NCBI RefSeq assembly: GCF_009834535.1
Contig: NC_045697.1
Location: 75,022,001-75,086,000 of the forward strand
Direction: 5' to 3'
Source: Camelus ferus
Taxonomy: Eukaryota
DNA length: 64,000 nucleotides
The number at the start of each line of letters is the position of its first letter. Within the stretch, counting starts at the first letter, position 1. The position numbers were made by a program, and so were the translations under genes. The notes under the pieces were generated by a model, which did no database searches, was not told the origin of the DNA, and saw nothing but the letters and a program-made list of their open reading frames with translations. Shown piece by piece: positions 11,966 to 25,600 of this stretch.

Positions 11966-14454
11966 AATTAAGCAGTTTATCATGAATATACAAGGGCTTC
12001 TGCCCTTAACTTCATCATCATTCAAAAAATAGCACTTTTTTTCTGTTGTCAGCCCGTATATTCAAAACGGTTTCCCAGTTGTATAATAAACAGCTCCATT
12101 CTCCTCCATTTCCTTTTAGTCTCTGTTTATTCTTCTGTGATGTCATTACTTCTGGAATAATGACATATTTAAAAGCCATGTATTTTAGCACAGAGACATT
12201 ATAATTGTCTCTGTTAAATAGCCTCCACTGATATGGTCTCATCTAAAAATAACTTCATTGGTGGCTTACATGATTTGGGAGGAGGAAGTAATAAGAGTTT
12301 TGCTGACTTGTAGAAATTTCTATTATTTACTATTTATTGCTGTTAGTCCTCAATTTTATGCATATAGGAGAAGAATGATATGGATAATCCAGAATAATAG
12401 ATATATATTGACAAAGTTATATAATGGGATTATGTTGTAGGCAGGATTAGATAGTAAAATAAGCATTGAAGTTAAAAATCATGTATTTCCAAAATTACAT
12501 GTAAAAATCCCCTGAAATTTTTAGTTTATTCATTGTGCATCATTTTATATATACGCACTTGTTCTAATATATCATTTCTTATTAAATCCAACACAGGCAG
12601 ATTTTTCTCAAGCGTTGGAACAGATGACTTTTTCTCCATTCGAGCACCAGATGCAGTGGTTAGCTTGGTTAGTGTTCTGGGCCCTGTTGTGGCAAGATGT
12701 TTACACTACAGAAAGCATAGAAATTCACGTTTAGTGCAGGGCGTGTGCTCACTGAATTACTGAATGAAATGGAAGGAAGAGTAACCTCTGCTGTTTAAAT
12801 TATTTTTTTTCTTTATTACCAAACATGCTTGATTAATTAACACAAATGGGAAGGTGTATATGCACTGTATATTGATCAACTTACAATTGTCTATCCACTT
12901 GAATATTTATGAAAAACACTTAATAAGAAGTACTTTTTAAAATGTAGGTTTAATACATCTATTTGCTGTTCTAAGAACCCACATTTTTCAAAGAAAACGA
13001 CAAAGCCACATGGCTCTGGAACATTTGTTCCATTTTGTTTCTTAGTTCAACTCCTTGATCTCTAATTTTAATATCAATAAGTCATCATCTAACAATGATT
13101 CCTATCAATTCAAGCTTATTGTATTTCCACACTATATTGCCAGTGTGTGGGTCTGTGTGTTTGTGTATTTTTAAATGGTTTTCTCCAGTAGCTCTTAGGA
13201 AATGGAAATAGTTTCATTTACTACAATGAATGGCTGCCCTACAGTGTAGACTTCACATATCCTTCCTTGCCTGTGGGCTGCATATGGAATAAGTTGACAA
13301 AAAGGGTGAGAAAGCAAACGGGAATTGAAAGTCAAACAGCTGTCCCCGTAGACTGTTGACAAAGCTGACAGAAGGTTGACTATATCCTCATAGTCAATCA
13401 ACAACGCCTATATGTACTTTCCATATTGTTCTGTGACTTACTCTGGACCTTCGCATACAAGCTTCCCATATAAGGAAAAGAAGTTTCTGATAGCTCCTTT
13501 GCTCTTTAACTGTTGTTGTCATGGAACTGCCAATTTGAGGCAGCTGGGGATTATGTGGAAAGATAGTTTAGCTGCATGTGGGTTCTTTTCTTTTTATTTT
13601 TTTCTTCTTTCCTTTCCTTCAACTTCACAGTACTGTTTCTTTTGGCTAATCTGGTGGATTCCTGGAAAGTTTATTGGACTTTTGGGAGTGTGTTGCCCTG
13701 AAGCAAACCTAGTTCAGCTTCCTTGTTAAGGCACATTGGTTCTGGCTTCTCGTGGAATGGCTCTGTTTTTTGACCCCTTGAGGAAGGGAGTATCCTGTCT
13801 TTCTTAATAATGAAACAAAAAGATGACTCCAGAAGAGAATTGGCAGCCACCAAAAGGGATACTGTCCAGTTCTCTGCTGCATATTCCACCCCCTGGGCAG
13901 ATTTGTGAAATCTCTCATCAGTCTTCGATACAGTTAATCATGTTTTGCTTTATTCTATTTTATTGTATAGCAACATTGTAAGCAGTTTATCAAAGTCAAA
14001 AGGTTAGTGTAACTTATGTTAATCCTACAAAACTGTTGTACACTATATGGTCACACATATATATGTATATCTATATTTATCAACATGATGTAATTGTCAT
14101 TCAGATCACTGTGTCCCATCTTATCAATAAGCTCCACAAAACAAAAGATTCTATGATCAGCAAATATACAGAGTTCTGCTAAGGACCTGGACCTCTAGAG
14201 AAAGAAACTAGATGAGTGAGGAGGAAAGGTTTAATGTATAAGATTTAATTTAAGGTCTACTAATGCCTACAGAAACCACAGTAATACATTTTTCTATAGT
14301 ACATATAAGTGAACATGTTTATTTCAAAGCTTTCTTCACAGTCTGTTGTTGAAGTACAGCAGAAAGTTAAAATCAGGTAGTCACTCTCATGCACTTTTTT
14401 TTTTTAACTGACAGATGAAGGAACACTTTGTGTTTCAGTACCATTGGTGGTTTT

Positions 14455-14700
14455 TTCATTTCTTCCTTCAACAGACACCTGTTTTATGCTTACTCTTTGC
14501 TCTGTGCTAGGCATTAGGTACACAATAATTAGTGAGATTGCTCCCCTTGCTCCTATCCCAGGTGAGAGGGAAGGCAGTATATATATATGGCTTTGCAGAA
14601 TATTGTGAGAACATAAAGAAAGGCACAGTCATTTCAGTGGGGGTGGAGGGGTAGAGGTGGGGGTGAGGATAGAGTCACAGAAGGTTTCACAGGGGAAGGG
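14455..14700 (-). mobile_element. LINE-2 3' fragment
   Basis: TTCATTTCTTCCTTCAACAGACACCTG...CTTACTCTTTGCTCTGTGCTAGGCATTAGG, antisense L2 3' end. Confidence 0.55.
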
Positions 14701-14724
14701 TTGTGTGAAGAAAAGAGTGGATAT

Positions 14725-14930
14725 ATTGTAATTACAAGACCTGGGTTTGATGTCCAGCACTTCCAGGTTCAGTTGTGGAGCTAGGGCTGAGTTCTTAACC
14801 TCTTGGAGCCTGTTTCTCATTTGTAAAATAAAGACAATAATTAGGCCAACCTCAAGAGTGTTTCAAGGATGAAATGTGATACTGCCTGTGAAAAACATTT
14901 GCTAAAATGTTATTCCACTACATAAATGAG
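14725..14930 (+). mobile_element. MIR SINE
   Basis: AGACCTGGGTTTGATGTCCAGC...CTTAACCTCTTGGAGCCTGTTTCTCATTTGTAAAAT...AAGGATGAAATGTGATA. Confidence 0.8.
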
Positions 14931-15049
14931 CCTTCTTGTCATCGTTTGGAGATTATGTCATTCAAGATTACCAGTGCTTTGGGAATGAGACTGAGTACCA
15001 GCAATGGCATCCTGAAAAGCAGGGGTGACAGGAAGTCTTGGGAGAACGG

Positions 15050-15290
15050 CACATAGCAGAGCATGGTGGTTAGGAGTATAGACTTGGGGGCCAGACTGTA
15101 TGGGCTCCAGTTTTAGGTCTCCCTTTGGCAAGTTATCTAAACTCACTATGCCTCAGTTTCCTCATCAGTAAAACGGAGATAATACCACTTAGTGTTTTGG
15201 ATTGTTATGGTGATTAAATGAATTAATTTTGGATTGTGCTTAGAACAAACAATTCCTGGGCATTATAATTATGATTTAAATGTTTGGTTT
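15050..15290 (+). mobile_element. MIR SINE
   Basis: GCATGGTGGTTAGGAGTATAGACTTGGGGGCCAGACTG...GGCAAGTTATCTAAACTCACTATGCCTCAGTTTCCTCATCAGTAAAACGGAGATAATA. Confidence 0.85.
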
Positions 15291-15300
15291 GATAAGCACT

Positions 15301-15737
15301 TGTATTAATTTCCTAGGGCTGCTGTCAAAGTGTCATTAAACTGAGTGTCTTAAAACAACAGAAATCTATTCTCTCACAGCTGTGGAGGCTAGAAGTCTGA
15401 ATCAAGGGGTCTGTAAGGTTGGTTCCTCCTGGGTTCTCTGGAGGAGAATCTGTTCCATGCCTTTTTCTTAGCTTTTGGTGTTGCCAGCAATCCTTGGAGT
15501 TCCTTGGCTGGTAGATACATCACTTCAGTCTCTACCTCTGTCATCACATGACATCTCCTGGTGTGGCTCTGCATCTCTTCTTTTCTTCTTCTAAGAAAGA
15601 AGGGCCCACCCTACTTCAATGTGACCTCATCTTAACTGGTTACATCTGCAGTGACCACGAAGGTCATGTTCAGAGGTGCTGGGGTGTAGGTCATCAATGT
15701 GTCTTTTTGATGGGGGACACAGTTCAATCCTGAATAG
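15301..15737 (-). mobile_element. MLT1 (MaLR) solo LTR, MLT1B/C-like, near full length
   Basis: TGTATTAATTTCCTAGGGCTGCTGT...AAAACAACAGAAATCTATTCTCTCACAG...GGAGGCTAGAAGTCTGA...GGGGGACACAGTTCAA. Confidence 0.9.
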
Positions 15738-16199
15738 TACTGATTTAAAATACAGAGAACACAGGCTTATCTAGTCTGTGTGAATTGCATAACTTTCTGT
15801 GTCATTAATATTTTTAATATTATGGGGCCTGCCATTTTTCTGTTGTGAATTTCAGAGGTGGTATGGGGCCATCTCACCTCTACAGCATCCTTTTTGTCCT
15901 GGAGACCAGTTGCACCTGGATTAATAACCTTAGACCCTTTGTGCTATTAACCGAGGTTAGTGCCCTCAAATGGTGCTTGGGTAACAAGACTGCTTCTCCC
16001 TTTTGTTTCACACACACTCATACACAAAGCTACTGTCCTGGGCCTTCCTTATGCAGCTACTGCCACTAGCTGTGTGGCTCTTCGGTCTTGTTTTTTTCCC
16101 CTTGTCTTCTCACAACTGGCCTATGTATTTATTTATTTGTTTTTGTTTATTTATTGTCAGTTGTCCTCTTTTGAATTTGACAAATCCAAAACTAAAACT

Positions 16200-16490
16200 C
16201 ACAGCCATGAAACTGGAATCCATCAAATCTTGGTTTGCACTCCAGTTCTGGCTAAGGTATCTTGGACAAGTTACTGTACCCCTGTCTGAATTTCACTTTC
16301 CTTAGGTATAAAAATATAAATAAAAATGTTTAAATAGGACAGTGCCTGGTCCACAATATCATGATAACTGTTCATGAATGAATAAGTGCATGAATAAACC
16401 AATAAGTAAGTAGAGTTGTTGAGACAACTAAATGATAATGAATGCAATCTGCTTAGAACATGGGAAGTAGTCAATAAATGACAGCTTTTA
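16200..16490 (+). mobile_element. MIR SINE interrupted by a short L2-3'-like segment
   Basis: CTTGGACAAGTTACT...TCTGAATTTCACTTTCC, then GTGCCTGG...TGAATGAATAA (about 16340-16405), then MIR resumes (GTTGTTGAGA...AAATGATAATG...GCTTAGAACA). Confidence 0.55.
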
Positions 16491-17884
16491 TTTTTATTCT
16501 CTTTAATCAAAATTCCTTTTTTAATTACCTACATCTGTCAGTGATTCTAGTCTAACTTTTAGACTTGAAGTCCCAAAGTTATTTTTAATTTATCTCTCTG
16601 TTGATCAGGCTAATTGCCATGTTTTATCAATTTTCATTTGAAATCTCTGCAGAGGCCAATCTTTCCATTGGAGTAATGTTGACTTTGGAATCAGTTCCTC
16701 CACAGCTTCATCAGGGCATCACATCTAGATGACAACAGCCCTCCTTTCTCTAGTCTTTTCTTTCTTCAACCCATCCTGCAGTCCTTAATCATCTTTTCCA
16801 CCAGTTGAGTTGCCCCAGTTCTACTTCTGACGACTCAGTTTTCTTAATGAGACTGTGTGAGAATACTAGCCGTTTTTCTCTCTTTTTTGTAAACTGGAAG
16901 ACAAAAGAATATGTGGATGCTTAATTATCTATTTCATAATCTGGTTCATTGGAACCCTTTCCTGCATGCCTTGATGTGGTTATGGTGGCATTGTTCAAAA
17001 GACTGACATACCCCCAGGGTTTTGACAGTGCTTGTTTAACTCAGAATTTGGGCTTTTAAATTTTTCTTGGGCTTATTTTTAGTGATACTTGCTCCTTGAG
17101 TACTTTAAGTTGTAACTCTGTACATTTTTTTTGTATGATGAAAGGTACTCTGATTCCCACCAGGTGGGAATTTGTCCAGATTGAATTTTGATTTTTGTGG
17201 TCAGAACTCAGGCTACAGGAGGACAGCAAGTCTATGAGTGGAAGCATGCCATCTTTGAAGAGCATGTAGCTTCTTGTAGTAAAACGCAACCATAGCCCCA
17301 AAGGAACTCCATATTTTGGGCTAGATAAAAAGGAACATGTTTCATAAGGAAACTCTGTCTGCCTTAGACCTCAATTTTGAAGAACCAGAAGGGGTTATAT
17401 GTTCAGGTGCATAGCCATATAAATAACCCAAAGGTGGCCACCGTCTATGTGCTCAAACATTATTCATTGAAACAGCTTTCTCAGACAGGCTCTTAGTCCT
17501 GCTGAAGCCTTTTCTATTTAGCCAAGGTAATTTTTACCAAACCTAAGATCATGTCTACTTTATCCAGTCTATAGACAAATTAGTCTTTCTTCTCCATAGT
17601 AAGCCTGTTTGTTCCTCAGTTCTCAGTTTTTCTAAAATTTATACGATCATCTGGAATATGGGAAAAGCTAAATGACATCATACTCACTGGGATAACCAGT
17701 AATGAATGAAGATTTATGCTATGACTACATTAAATTACCAGATCAAGTAGACACCTAAATTGTTATTAGATTGTGTCAGTTAGCCCTCTGCATATGGGCT
17801 CTTCCCAAATAACTCAGTGCATTTGTCTGTTTCAAACTGCAGAACTCATCATTTCTATTTCTAGTCTATTCCAGATTGGAAAAT

Positions 17885-18025
17885 TTTGGCTCAACCACCA
17901 GCTACTGGCATAACCTTGGGGAAGTCACTCATCATCACTAGGCTTTAATCTCATCACTATAAAATGAGGAATCGGGAGTTCATTTTAGATCAACTCTGAA
18001 GATTTTAAAAACTCGAACATTTTTT
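17885..18025 (+). mobile_element. MIR3/MIR SINE fragment
   Basis: TAACCTTGGGGAAGTCACT...CTCATCACTATAAAATGAGG. Confidence 0.6.
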
Positions 18026-18179
18026 GATTTGAATGTTGTAAACCATGGCTAACAGTCTTCTTGAAAGATCCTGTTATAAAGCAAAAGCCACACTTACTTT
18101 GCTTAAAATCTTTCACCTTAATCAAAGTGAAAAGGAAAGTCCTGTTAATGTACAGGCACTTCATAACTGGATCTCTGAG

Positions 18180-18590
18180 GGCTTTCTAATTTCCTTTTCC
18201 ATGCCCATGCCTCTTCTCACTCCAGTCCATCCATAATGCCCTCCTTTGTGTTACTAAACAAACACACCACATACTCCACCCCCACTGCCTTTGGCCCTTG
18301 CTGTTTCCTTTCCTGGAGTTCTGTTTTCCCAGCTATCCACCTAGCTCATTCCCTTACCTCTTTCAGATCCTGGTTCAATGACACTCTCTAAACAAAATGT
18401 TTGCTGCTCCCTTGATCTAAAACTGCAGCCTGCTCCCACGTTTCCTACCTCGAGTTCCTGTGGTAGTATTCTCCGTAGCATTTATTAGCATGTAACGTAT
18501 GTGATCTCCACTGTCTAGAATATAAGGAAAGGGATTTTTGTCTGTTTTGTTCACCACTCAAAATTTTTTGAAAAAAAAGAATGAATGAAG
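18180..18590 (+). mobile_element. LINE-2 (L2a-like) 3' end
   Basis: CCTTTGGCCCTTGCTGTTTCCTTTCCTGGAG...CTAGCTCATTCCCTTACCTCTTTCAGATC...CTAGAATATAAG...GATTTTTGTCTGTTTTGTTCACCAC...GAATGAATGA. Confidence 0.8.
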
Positions 18591-20529
18591 GATAAAAAAG
18601 TATTCTGCTGGAAGTCAGAGCAGAGTCTACTGGAACTCTTGATTCTGATTCAGTCTGGTAGCCACTTGTGGACAAAGTTTTTGTCTTTTCTTGACCACTA
18701 AGTAATTATTCACATGGGAAGACGCAACATCTCATGTGGGTTTTGACTCCGGGGACTGGAAATCTTTTATCACCGAACAAATGAAAACCAATCATTTGTT
18801 ATGCAAGACAGCTAATGAGTTATATATAGATGCAACCCATTCCCAGTTAATTAAAATTAGCATTTTTCTTCCCCCTCAAAACCCATTCTCTCACTCTCCC
18901 CCACCCTTTCTCTTTCTCTCTCCTTTAAGTATTATATTTCAAATAGATTTATCCTACAGTGTTTTGGAAAAAAATCTTTAATTACTTTAAGTCCACTATC
19001 CTTAAAAATAAATATCTGAAGCAAAGATCCCCAGAAACTTAAAATAATTTATTTAGCTTAAACAAATGTAATTATTTAGGGTCCATAGAAATATTGCAGC
19101 TAACTTTAGGATAAACTGATATAGCTTATTTCTGATCTCAGGTGCCTTACAGATACAACCTGTCACTCACTATGTGTGACTATATCTAACATGCATCAAT
19201 AAAGCAAACAGTCACTTTGGTGATGTGACACTCCACTGAAAATATAGACCACTTATGAAAAGCCCATGGGATCAACGAAAAGACTAGAGTTTTATTTATA
19301 TAAGACCCTATCAGTCTCATTGTTTTCCCTTTAAAATGCAAATCTGCTATAAAGAATGAGCCTGGCCTGTTTTCCACTGGACTTGGCCCATTCGGAAAGT
19401 TTCTTTGAGCAACTGATGTCTAGTCTTTAGGATCCCAACCAGCCGAGACGTGCCAGCTGTGCTGTGTTAGCAGGGGTGATTTGTGCACTTCTTAAAGAAG
19501 CTTCAGAGGAATTGCTGATTTTAGGCACTGGTTGATTAGCTTGATGAAGTGAGTTTCAAAATGTTTATTCCTTCTGCTCATTTTCATTTTTTATGGCTTA
19601 TGTATTCTTGGTATTCTTTTCCTTTCCTTGTGATGTTCTGTTCAAAAATGCTTGAGATCTCAGGACATTTTTTGGTGCAGGCTGGCTCATTATGTCCAGA
19701 CACGTGTGGTGTTCGACAGATCATTTGGGTTTTTTAAGACGAACTTGGAGATGTCTAGAATTGGTTAAACCCTATTAACAGGTGGTAAGCACATTGCTAA
19801 GGAGTGTCCTTTGCTACACTCAGTTAATTCCCATCAAAAGCTGACTGATCCCTGACTACAGATCCAGTCATCAACCTTGCTTGCTGTGGAGCCAACATAT
19901 TAATCTACGTAAACCACAGCACTGTCCCTACTTGATCCCACCACTATCCTCTTTCCGGTGCGTGTGGCAAGGGTCTGGGATGATCCGGTTTCTTCAACCT
20001 GCAGAATTAAGGGTCACAGTCTGGTTTCTTCCCACATCTGTTCCTCTTATTTTCCATGGATCATTTCTCCATTGCCACCCAAAGAGATGAAGGCAAAGCC
20101 TCTGCTCCAAGTGTTCGGACACCAGCACCGAGCTGCCTGGGTTTGTGACGAGGCTCACGTGGTTTAGGAAACTATATTGCTTGTTTGAGCTTTTCCAACA
20201 GTGTAAAGTAAAAGAATAAAATAGAAAGGGATTTCTATTTATTTTCCAGAGCTGCAGTCATTTTATTTTGTGATTCATTCAACTGGAAAGTGCTGTAAAA
20301 GAAATTTGCAGCCTCATGTGATCTGGTGTTGCTTAGGGCTGTTTCTGAGATGATAGGCTCTGCTTGAGGTTTATAGATTTAAAGTTACTTGTTTCTCTTC
20401 AGCATCTATCTAATTGATACGCGTTCAGATGCCATGAGGAGCCAGCGCTGCCTCCTTTATCAAGTTAGACGGCCTCTGACATAAGCAGCAAGATACTATT
20501 TATGTCACGTTTTCATTCCCTTACACTCC

Positions 20530-21200
20530 TGCTAAACACCTATCCATTTGTCAAGATTCAAAACAAGTGTTGCTTCATCTCGAAGCCTCTCCTTACCAAC
20601 TTGTCCTCTCCAGATAGAAATGACTTCTTTAGACTTGAAGCCCCAGAAGAGACTGACTTCTCACTTAGTCTAACTTGCTTACACTAAAGTCTTATGGCTT
20701 CTCTAATTAGACTGTGAATTCCCTGAGACTTGAAGATAACATTTTTATCAGTCGTCTTTGAATTGCCATTGCCTGGCACGTAATAGGCGCTCAACAAATG
20801 TTGGTTAAGTAAAATGTATTTGAATGAGTACACTTAATGTACATGGTGTTCAAAGGGCATGCCACACTACTCCAGATCTCAAGTCTGTCTTGTGGGCTGG
20901 GTCCTCTGCCCTTAATAGCCTTCCCTCTTCTCTGTCTGACAGAATCACTCTTGTCCTTTATGTTTTTGCTAACAGTCAGTTAATTATTCTGTAGAATATT
21001 CCTTGTCTTTCCCAAACACTGTTCATCAGTCCTTTCATCCAGGGGTCCACTAGCACGTACCTCACACTACAGTTACTATCTGTGTATCACCTGGTCTTTT
21101 CCTCTGAAGGGTGACCTCCTGATGGGTGAGGATCCTGTTTAGTTGAGCTTTTACTGTAAGTGCTCAGTGCAGGCCTCGCTCGACATGGTGCCCAGTGAGA
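20530..21200 (+). mobile_element. Two adjacent LINE-2 3' fragments
   Basis: TAGACTGTGAATTCCCTGAG...GCCTGGCACGTAATAGGCGCTCAACAAATGTTGGTT, followed by a second degraded L2 tail. Confidence 0.6.
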
Positions 21201-21534
21201 CTGTCTGTCAGAGTTCTGCTCCAACTCTGATGTTAACCAGTTGTGGACATTTGAACATGACAATCTTTCTTGGCTGCAGTATCTGATCTGAAAACTGAGA
21301 GGCTGAACTAGAACTCTGAGTTCACTTCCATCTTAAGGCCTTTATTCATCACATCATCTCTATTTTTTACTGCCCTGCATTTTGCTACTGTCTTCATTTG
21401 AGTCTTTCTCATTTACAAATCTGCTTTTCTTCTCTTTCCCCTATTTTTTCATTCAAAAGTTCTTTTCCCCAACCCATGTCACATGAGCATGTTCAAACAG
21501 TCAAATACAATATTATTTGCTGAGCTGAGAGAGG

Positions 21535-21720
21535 TGCTTGTCAGATATATAATTTGGACAAGTTACTTAATCTCTACAGCTCAGTCGCCTCATCTGTAAA
21601 ATGAGGATGGTAATGGTGTATACACCTCACAGGTGGTTGTGAGGATTCAATTATATAATATTTGTGAAGCTTTTTTTTTTTTAACATTATCTGGTACAGA
21701 GTAGGAGCAATTGGGTGTTT
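21535..21720 (+). mobile_element. MIR SINE
   Basis: TTTGGACAAGTTACTTAATCTCT...CCTCATCTGTAAAATGAGGATGGTAATG...CCTCACAGGTGGTTGTGAGGATT. Confidence 0.85.
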
Positions 21721-22535
21721 ACTTTTTAAATAAATAACACGTTTCTGTCCTCCATTGTCAAAATCAGAAGTTGACTGTATCTCCTGCTTTCTAGATTATT
21801 ATATCTTAGACTTGACTGATATGGTTGCCAGCAAGACGTTAGGAAATTATACCAAACTTCTATCATATAATCTAAATTAGAATCCTATTATTTATTTTAA
21901 ATATCGCATTCTTATACTTTTAAAATGCCACTTAGAGTTTATTTACAGTGGAATATTATGCAGTTCATTCCCTAGTAATCCAAAAGGTGGAGTATAGCTG
22001 TTAGTAATGAATAGTTGTTTAATACAAGGCTTTCATCTAGCTGGTTTCATTATACTTTAAAGTTAGAATGCACACATTTATGGACCATTGTGAAATGTAT
22101 TAGTCTTTAGAAGACGAGTGGGATGAAAGGTTTTTAGAACTGGTTTTGGCCATATTTACACAGTACCCTTGAACACTTCTTCCAAATAAGACACAGATCT
22201 GCTAAGTAACCTTACTATAGTAGTATCCAAAAGACCATAAGAAATGTTGGTGGAAGACTATTTTATTTCAAAGCATTTTTCAATTTGTGCTAAATTTAGC
22301 TCTCCTGTTCATGAAGTGGAAATATCTTTTTAAAGACTAATCACCTAATATTCATGTACAGTATGTCTCATTGGAGGGAAGCTATGATTGTGTGTTCACT
22401 ACCAAATGAGATGGTGTGTGTGTATGTTGGGTATGGAGGATACAGCAGCAAAAGTTTAATTTATACACAATGAAATCCAGGGGCACTTAATTTTTATAAA
22501 CAAATTTAGCAAGAAATCATGTTTTCTTTTTTTAG

Positions 22536-22618
22536 GAATTAAGCAGCCTTTAATAAAGCAAGATGGACCATGAAGAGTACTGGGAGAAATGGGAAGGTCT
22601 CAGATCCGGCAGCATAAG
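22536..22618 (+). other. Candidate spliced exon (83 nt) of an unidentified host gene; possible first coding or 5'UTR exon
   Basis: Acceptor GTTTTCTTTTTTTAG|G, donor AAG|GTAAGT, purine-rich body, ATG at 22563 in GCAAGATGG context preceded by in-frame TAA TAA, open to the donor (MDHEEYWEKWEGLRSGSI-); lies in non-repetitive DNA. Confidence 0.5.
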
Positions 22619-25600
22619 GTAAGTTATTTTATCTCTTCGGGCTGTGCTCTCCACATCTATAAGATAACTTATGTGAATAATATTGCTGTTTGGAAGAAAG
22701 ATCATAGGAGGAGGGCTTGAGCAAGGAGCTCGGTTGAGAGACTGTTGCAATAGCCCAGCTGAGATTTCACACATCAGGCACAGCTCACCACTTTGCAATG
22801 TCCTTGTATTCACCTATTGAATAAGAATGGATGATTTTGTCAATAAGTGAAGGAGGAGCTCACGACGGCATGTGGTCAGTGTATTCTGATCGTGTCTTGA
22901 CTTATTCTTAATAAAGTACATTTCTTAGTATAGGTATCTCAGAACAATGCAAGAAATGTGGTTGTGTCAATAAGTTATTTCAGATTATTCCTGTAGTTGT
23001 GATGGAAATCTGTGGATTTGATTATTATGAATCTCTGTGCAGCTTTCTTTGTTGTTGATAAAATGCTTAAGCAAATTTCAGGGCTGAAGTTCTCAAAGTA
23101 ATTGCCTTTGACCAGCTCCTAAGCCTGAGTTCCTGCCTACTGACATGACTAGTATAAATCACTGCTATTTAGAGAGCCTCCATAATGCATTTTGCAGAAC
23201 AAAGAAATGAGAAGGAAGAGATTTGAATGGTTTTTAAAATAATAATGTTTTAAAATAATGATATTTTAACTTCTGGGACAAAGATACATTTAAGTAAGTG
23301 AACTGTAATCCAACAGGAAGTCAATTGTCTGTCCATTCATAGAAGTGGCCACATAGATGTTTATCCTACAGAGAAGATAGCTGGAGTGTCTGGCATCTTT
23401 GAGAACTAGAAAGTGGTTTGTGCAGCTGCGTCTCCCACTATTTTGGCCTGTCAAACTGTTATTTGCTTTACCTTCATGTGGCCTTCCTGCTTGATTCTGA
23501 CAATAGCCAACCCAATAACCCACTAAGTACTTGCTTACATATCTTATTGGTAATGTGTTTGAGAAATATTTCTGATATTGACATTATATCTGGGAACTAG
23601 TTCTAAACAATGTAGGAAGGAAAGAGATGTAAGGCTGGCTGTACACATAATTCTTGAAGCTGGACAAGTCAGTTGAGATTCATTCTCTCATCCTATATTT
23701 TTCTATACGCTTGAAGTTTTATATAATAAAAAATAATCTATGATTTACATGCTTTTAGGCTTGTATGTATCTAAAAGTGTGTATGTATGTCCATCTTTAG
23801 CTCTTAACTGTAGTCTCTTGAATCATGGGGATGGTAAATCTTATTTTCAACTAAGTCAGTAGTTGGTGGGGACACAGATGTTATATGTACTCATTGCTCG
23901 AGGAGATATTAAAAAGCATAGAACCCTGCCCCCCAATTCCTTGTAATCTAGCTGAGAAAATCACTACATGCAAAAAATCTTGAAAGTGGAATACTAATAC
24001 CAAATTTAAATAACATTTCAATAGAAAAATAGGGGAGTTAAGACACCATGAAAAATTCTCAATAAATTATATAGCCTACAATTGCTCTGTCTCAGCTGAG
24101 AGAAACATCACTATACTCTAGAGGAAGTTTTATTTAGGTAAATGGATTTAAGCTGATTCTTAAAAGATAAGCCTTAGGTAGGTAGAGAGAAAAGGGAAAA
24201 CTTTTTAACCTAATGAAAAGAAAAGAGAAAAAAAGGGGGGGGGATATATGTTTAGTCACCTGAAAGCCTAAATTTTTAAGTGAGTAAATAAGTTCTAGAA
24301 ATAATGAAACTTTACAGATTTATCTGCTTTGGAGGGCTGAAGTTTAAATTAAAGAATTTAAGCTTTATTCTTGGGCAGCAGAGAACCACAAAAAGTGTTT
24401 TGCAAGAAAGTGGTTTTACCAAATAAACGCATAGTAAAATGAATATAGTGATGAGATTGATTGAGGTAGAGATTGATGGGAGAAAGAATGAAAAGAATAA
24501 ATAGGATTATTGCAATATTCTGTTAGAAGGTTAGCAGAGGAAATGGAAACAAGACCCAATGTCGAGGGCATATTGTCAGGCCTTTGAGCTTGATCAGATG
24601 TGAGAGTGTAGGAAAGCGACTTTCCCTGAAGTCTCCCCTATTTCTAGTGTATCCTACTTAATAAAGTGGATATGTTTTCTACAAGTTTCAATTGGCAAAT
24701 ATTTAGCAATTTCCAAAATAGATGGAGGAGAGTGGGAGTGACTATCTGGGATGCCAGGTGTCAAAACTAGTCAGTAGATGTTGTTTCAGTTCGTCTGTTA
24801 ACTCTAAGTTTATTAATGACATTCGTGAATGTGGGAAGTGCCGTGTTGTGTGTAGTGCTGGCACCTCTGCTTCTTTGAACCATCCCACAGGGGCTATTTT
24901 ATCCGGTTCTATGGAGACAGAGTATTTGGTATAAGAATAGGAATTTCAGCAACCACAAACCAAATTTATGTGCTTATTCTGAGATATTCATTCCAGGGCA
25001 AGCCTGCTGGGCTGGACTAATACATACTTTTTGGATTTTTCCACAGATTTTAATGAGCCAACACCAATTCTGGCACTGAAATCTCCACAGTATACAAAAT
25101 GCGTTATGGGAAACAATTTTTCTAGGGCTGCTAGACTAGTGGGTAAAACATACTACACATCTGTTGGGCCTACAGTTTTCCATGTGTTGGGTGATATGTC
25201 AGCCTGCAGACTGGATGAATACTCTGCATAGTAATAGCTTGTAGTGGGGCAGGTGTCAGGGTTTGGATTTTGACCTCCAGGCAGATGGATTCAAAGATAA
25301 ACTCATCCCCTTGTTCTCAACTCAAGGAGTCTGAGAACACAAACTTCATTTTCTTTAGAGTCATTTTGAACTTTATCCAACGTATCCAGTGTATCTGCCA
25401 TACACTTGAAGAGAAGAAAAGCTGTTTTTCCCACATGATTTTAAGGTTTTTCAAAGTGTTCAGTAAGTAATGTGTTGTCCGATAAGGGTACCATTTCTCA
25501 TAAATAAAAAGTATCTAGTTTTTTTTGCAAGAAAGAAAAAAATTCCACGTAATAAAATTTATTTCTCAATCTGTGAGATTCTAGGAAAAGCAAATAAATA

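Noticed and set aside
12597..12667. Possible exon (ADFSQALEQMTFSPFEHQMQ)
   Set aside because: Poor polypyrimidine tract, weak donors and an unrecognised peptide
14639..14668. G-rich tract as a G-quadruplex
   Set aside because: Only three runs of three or more G within the tract
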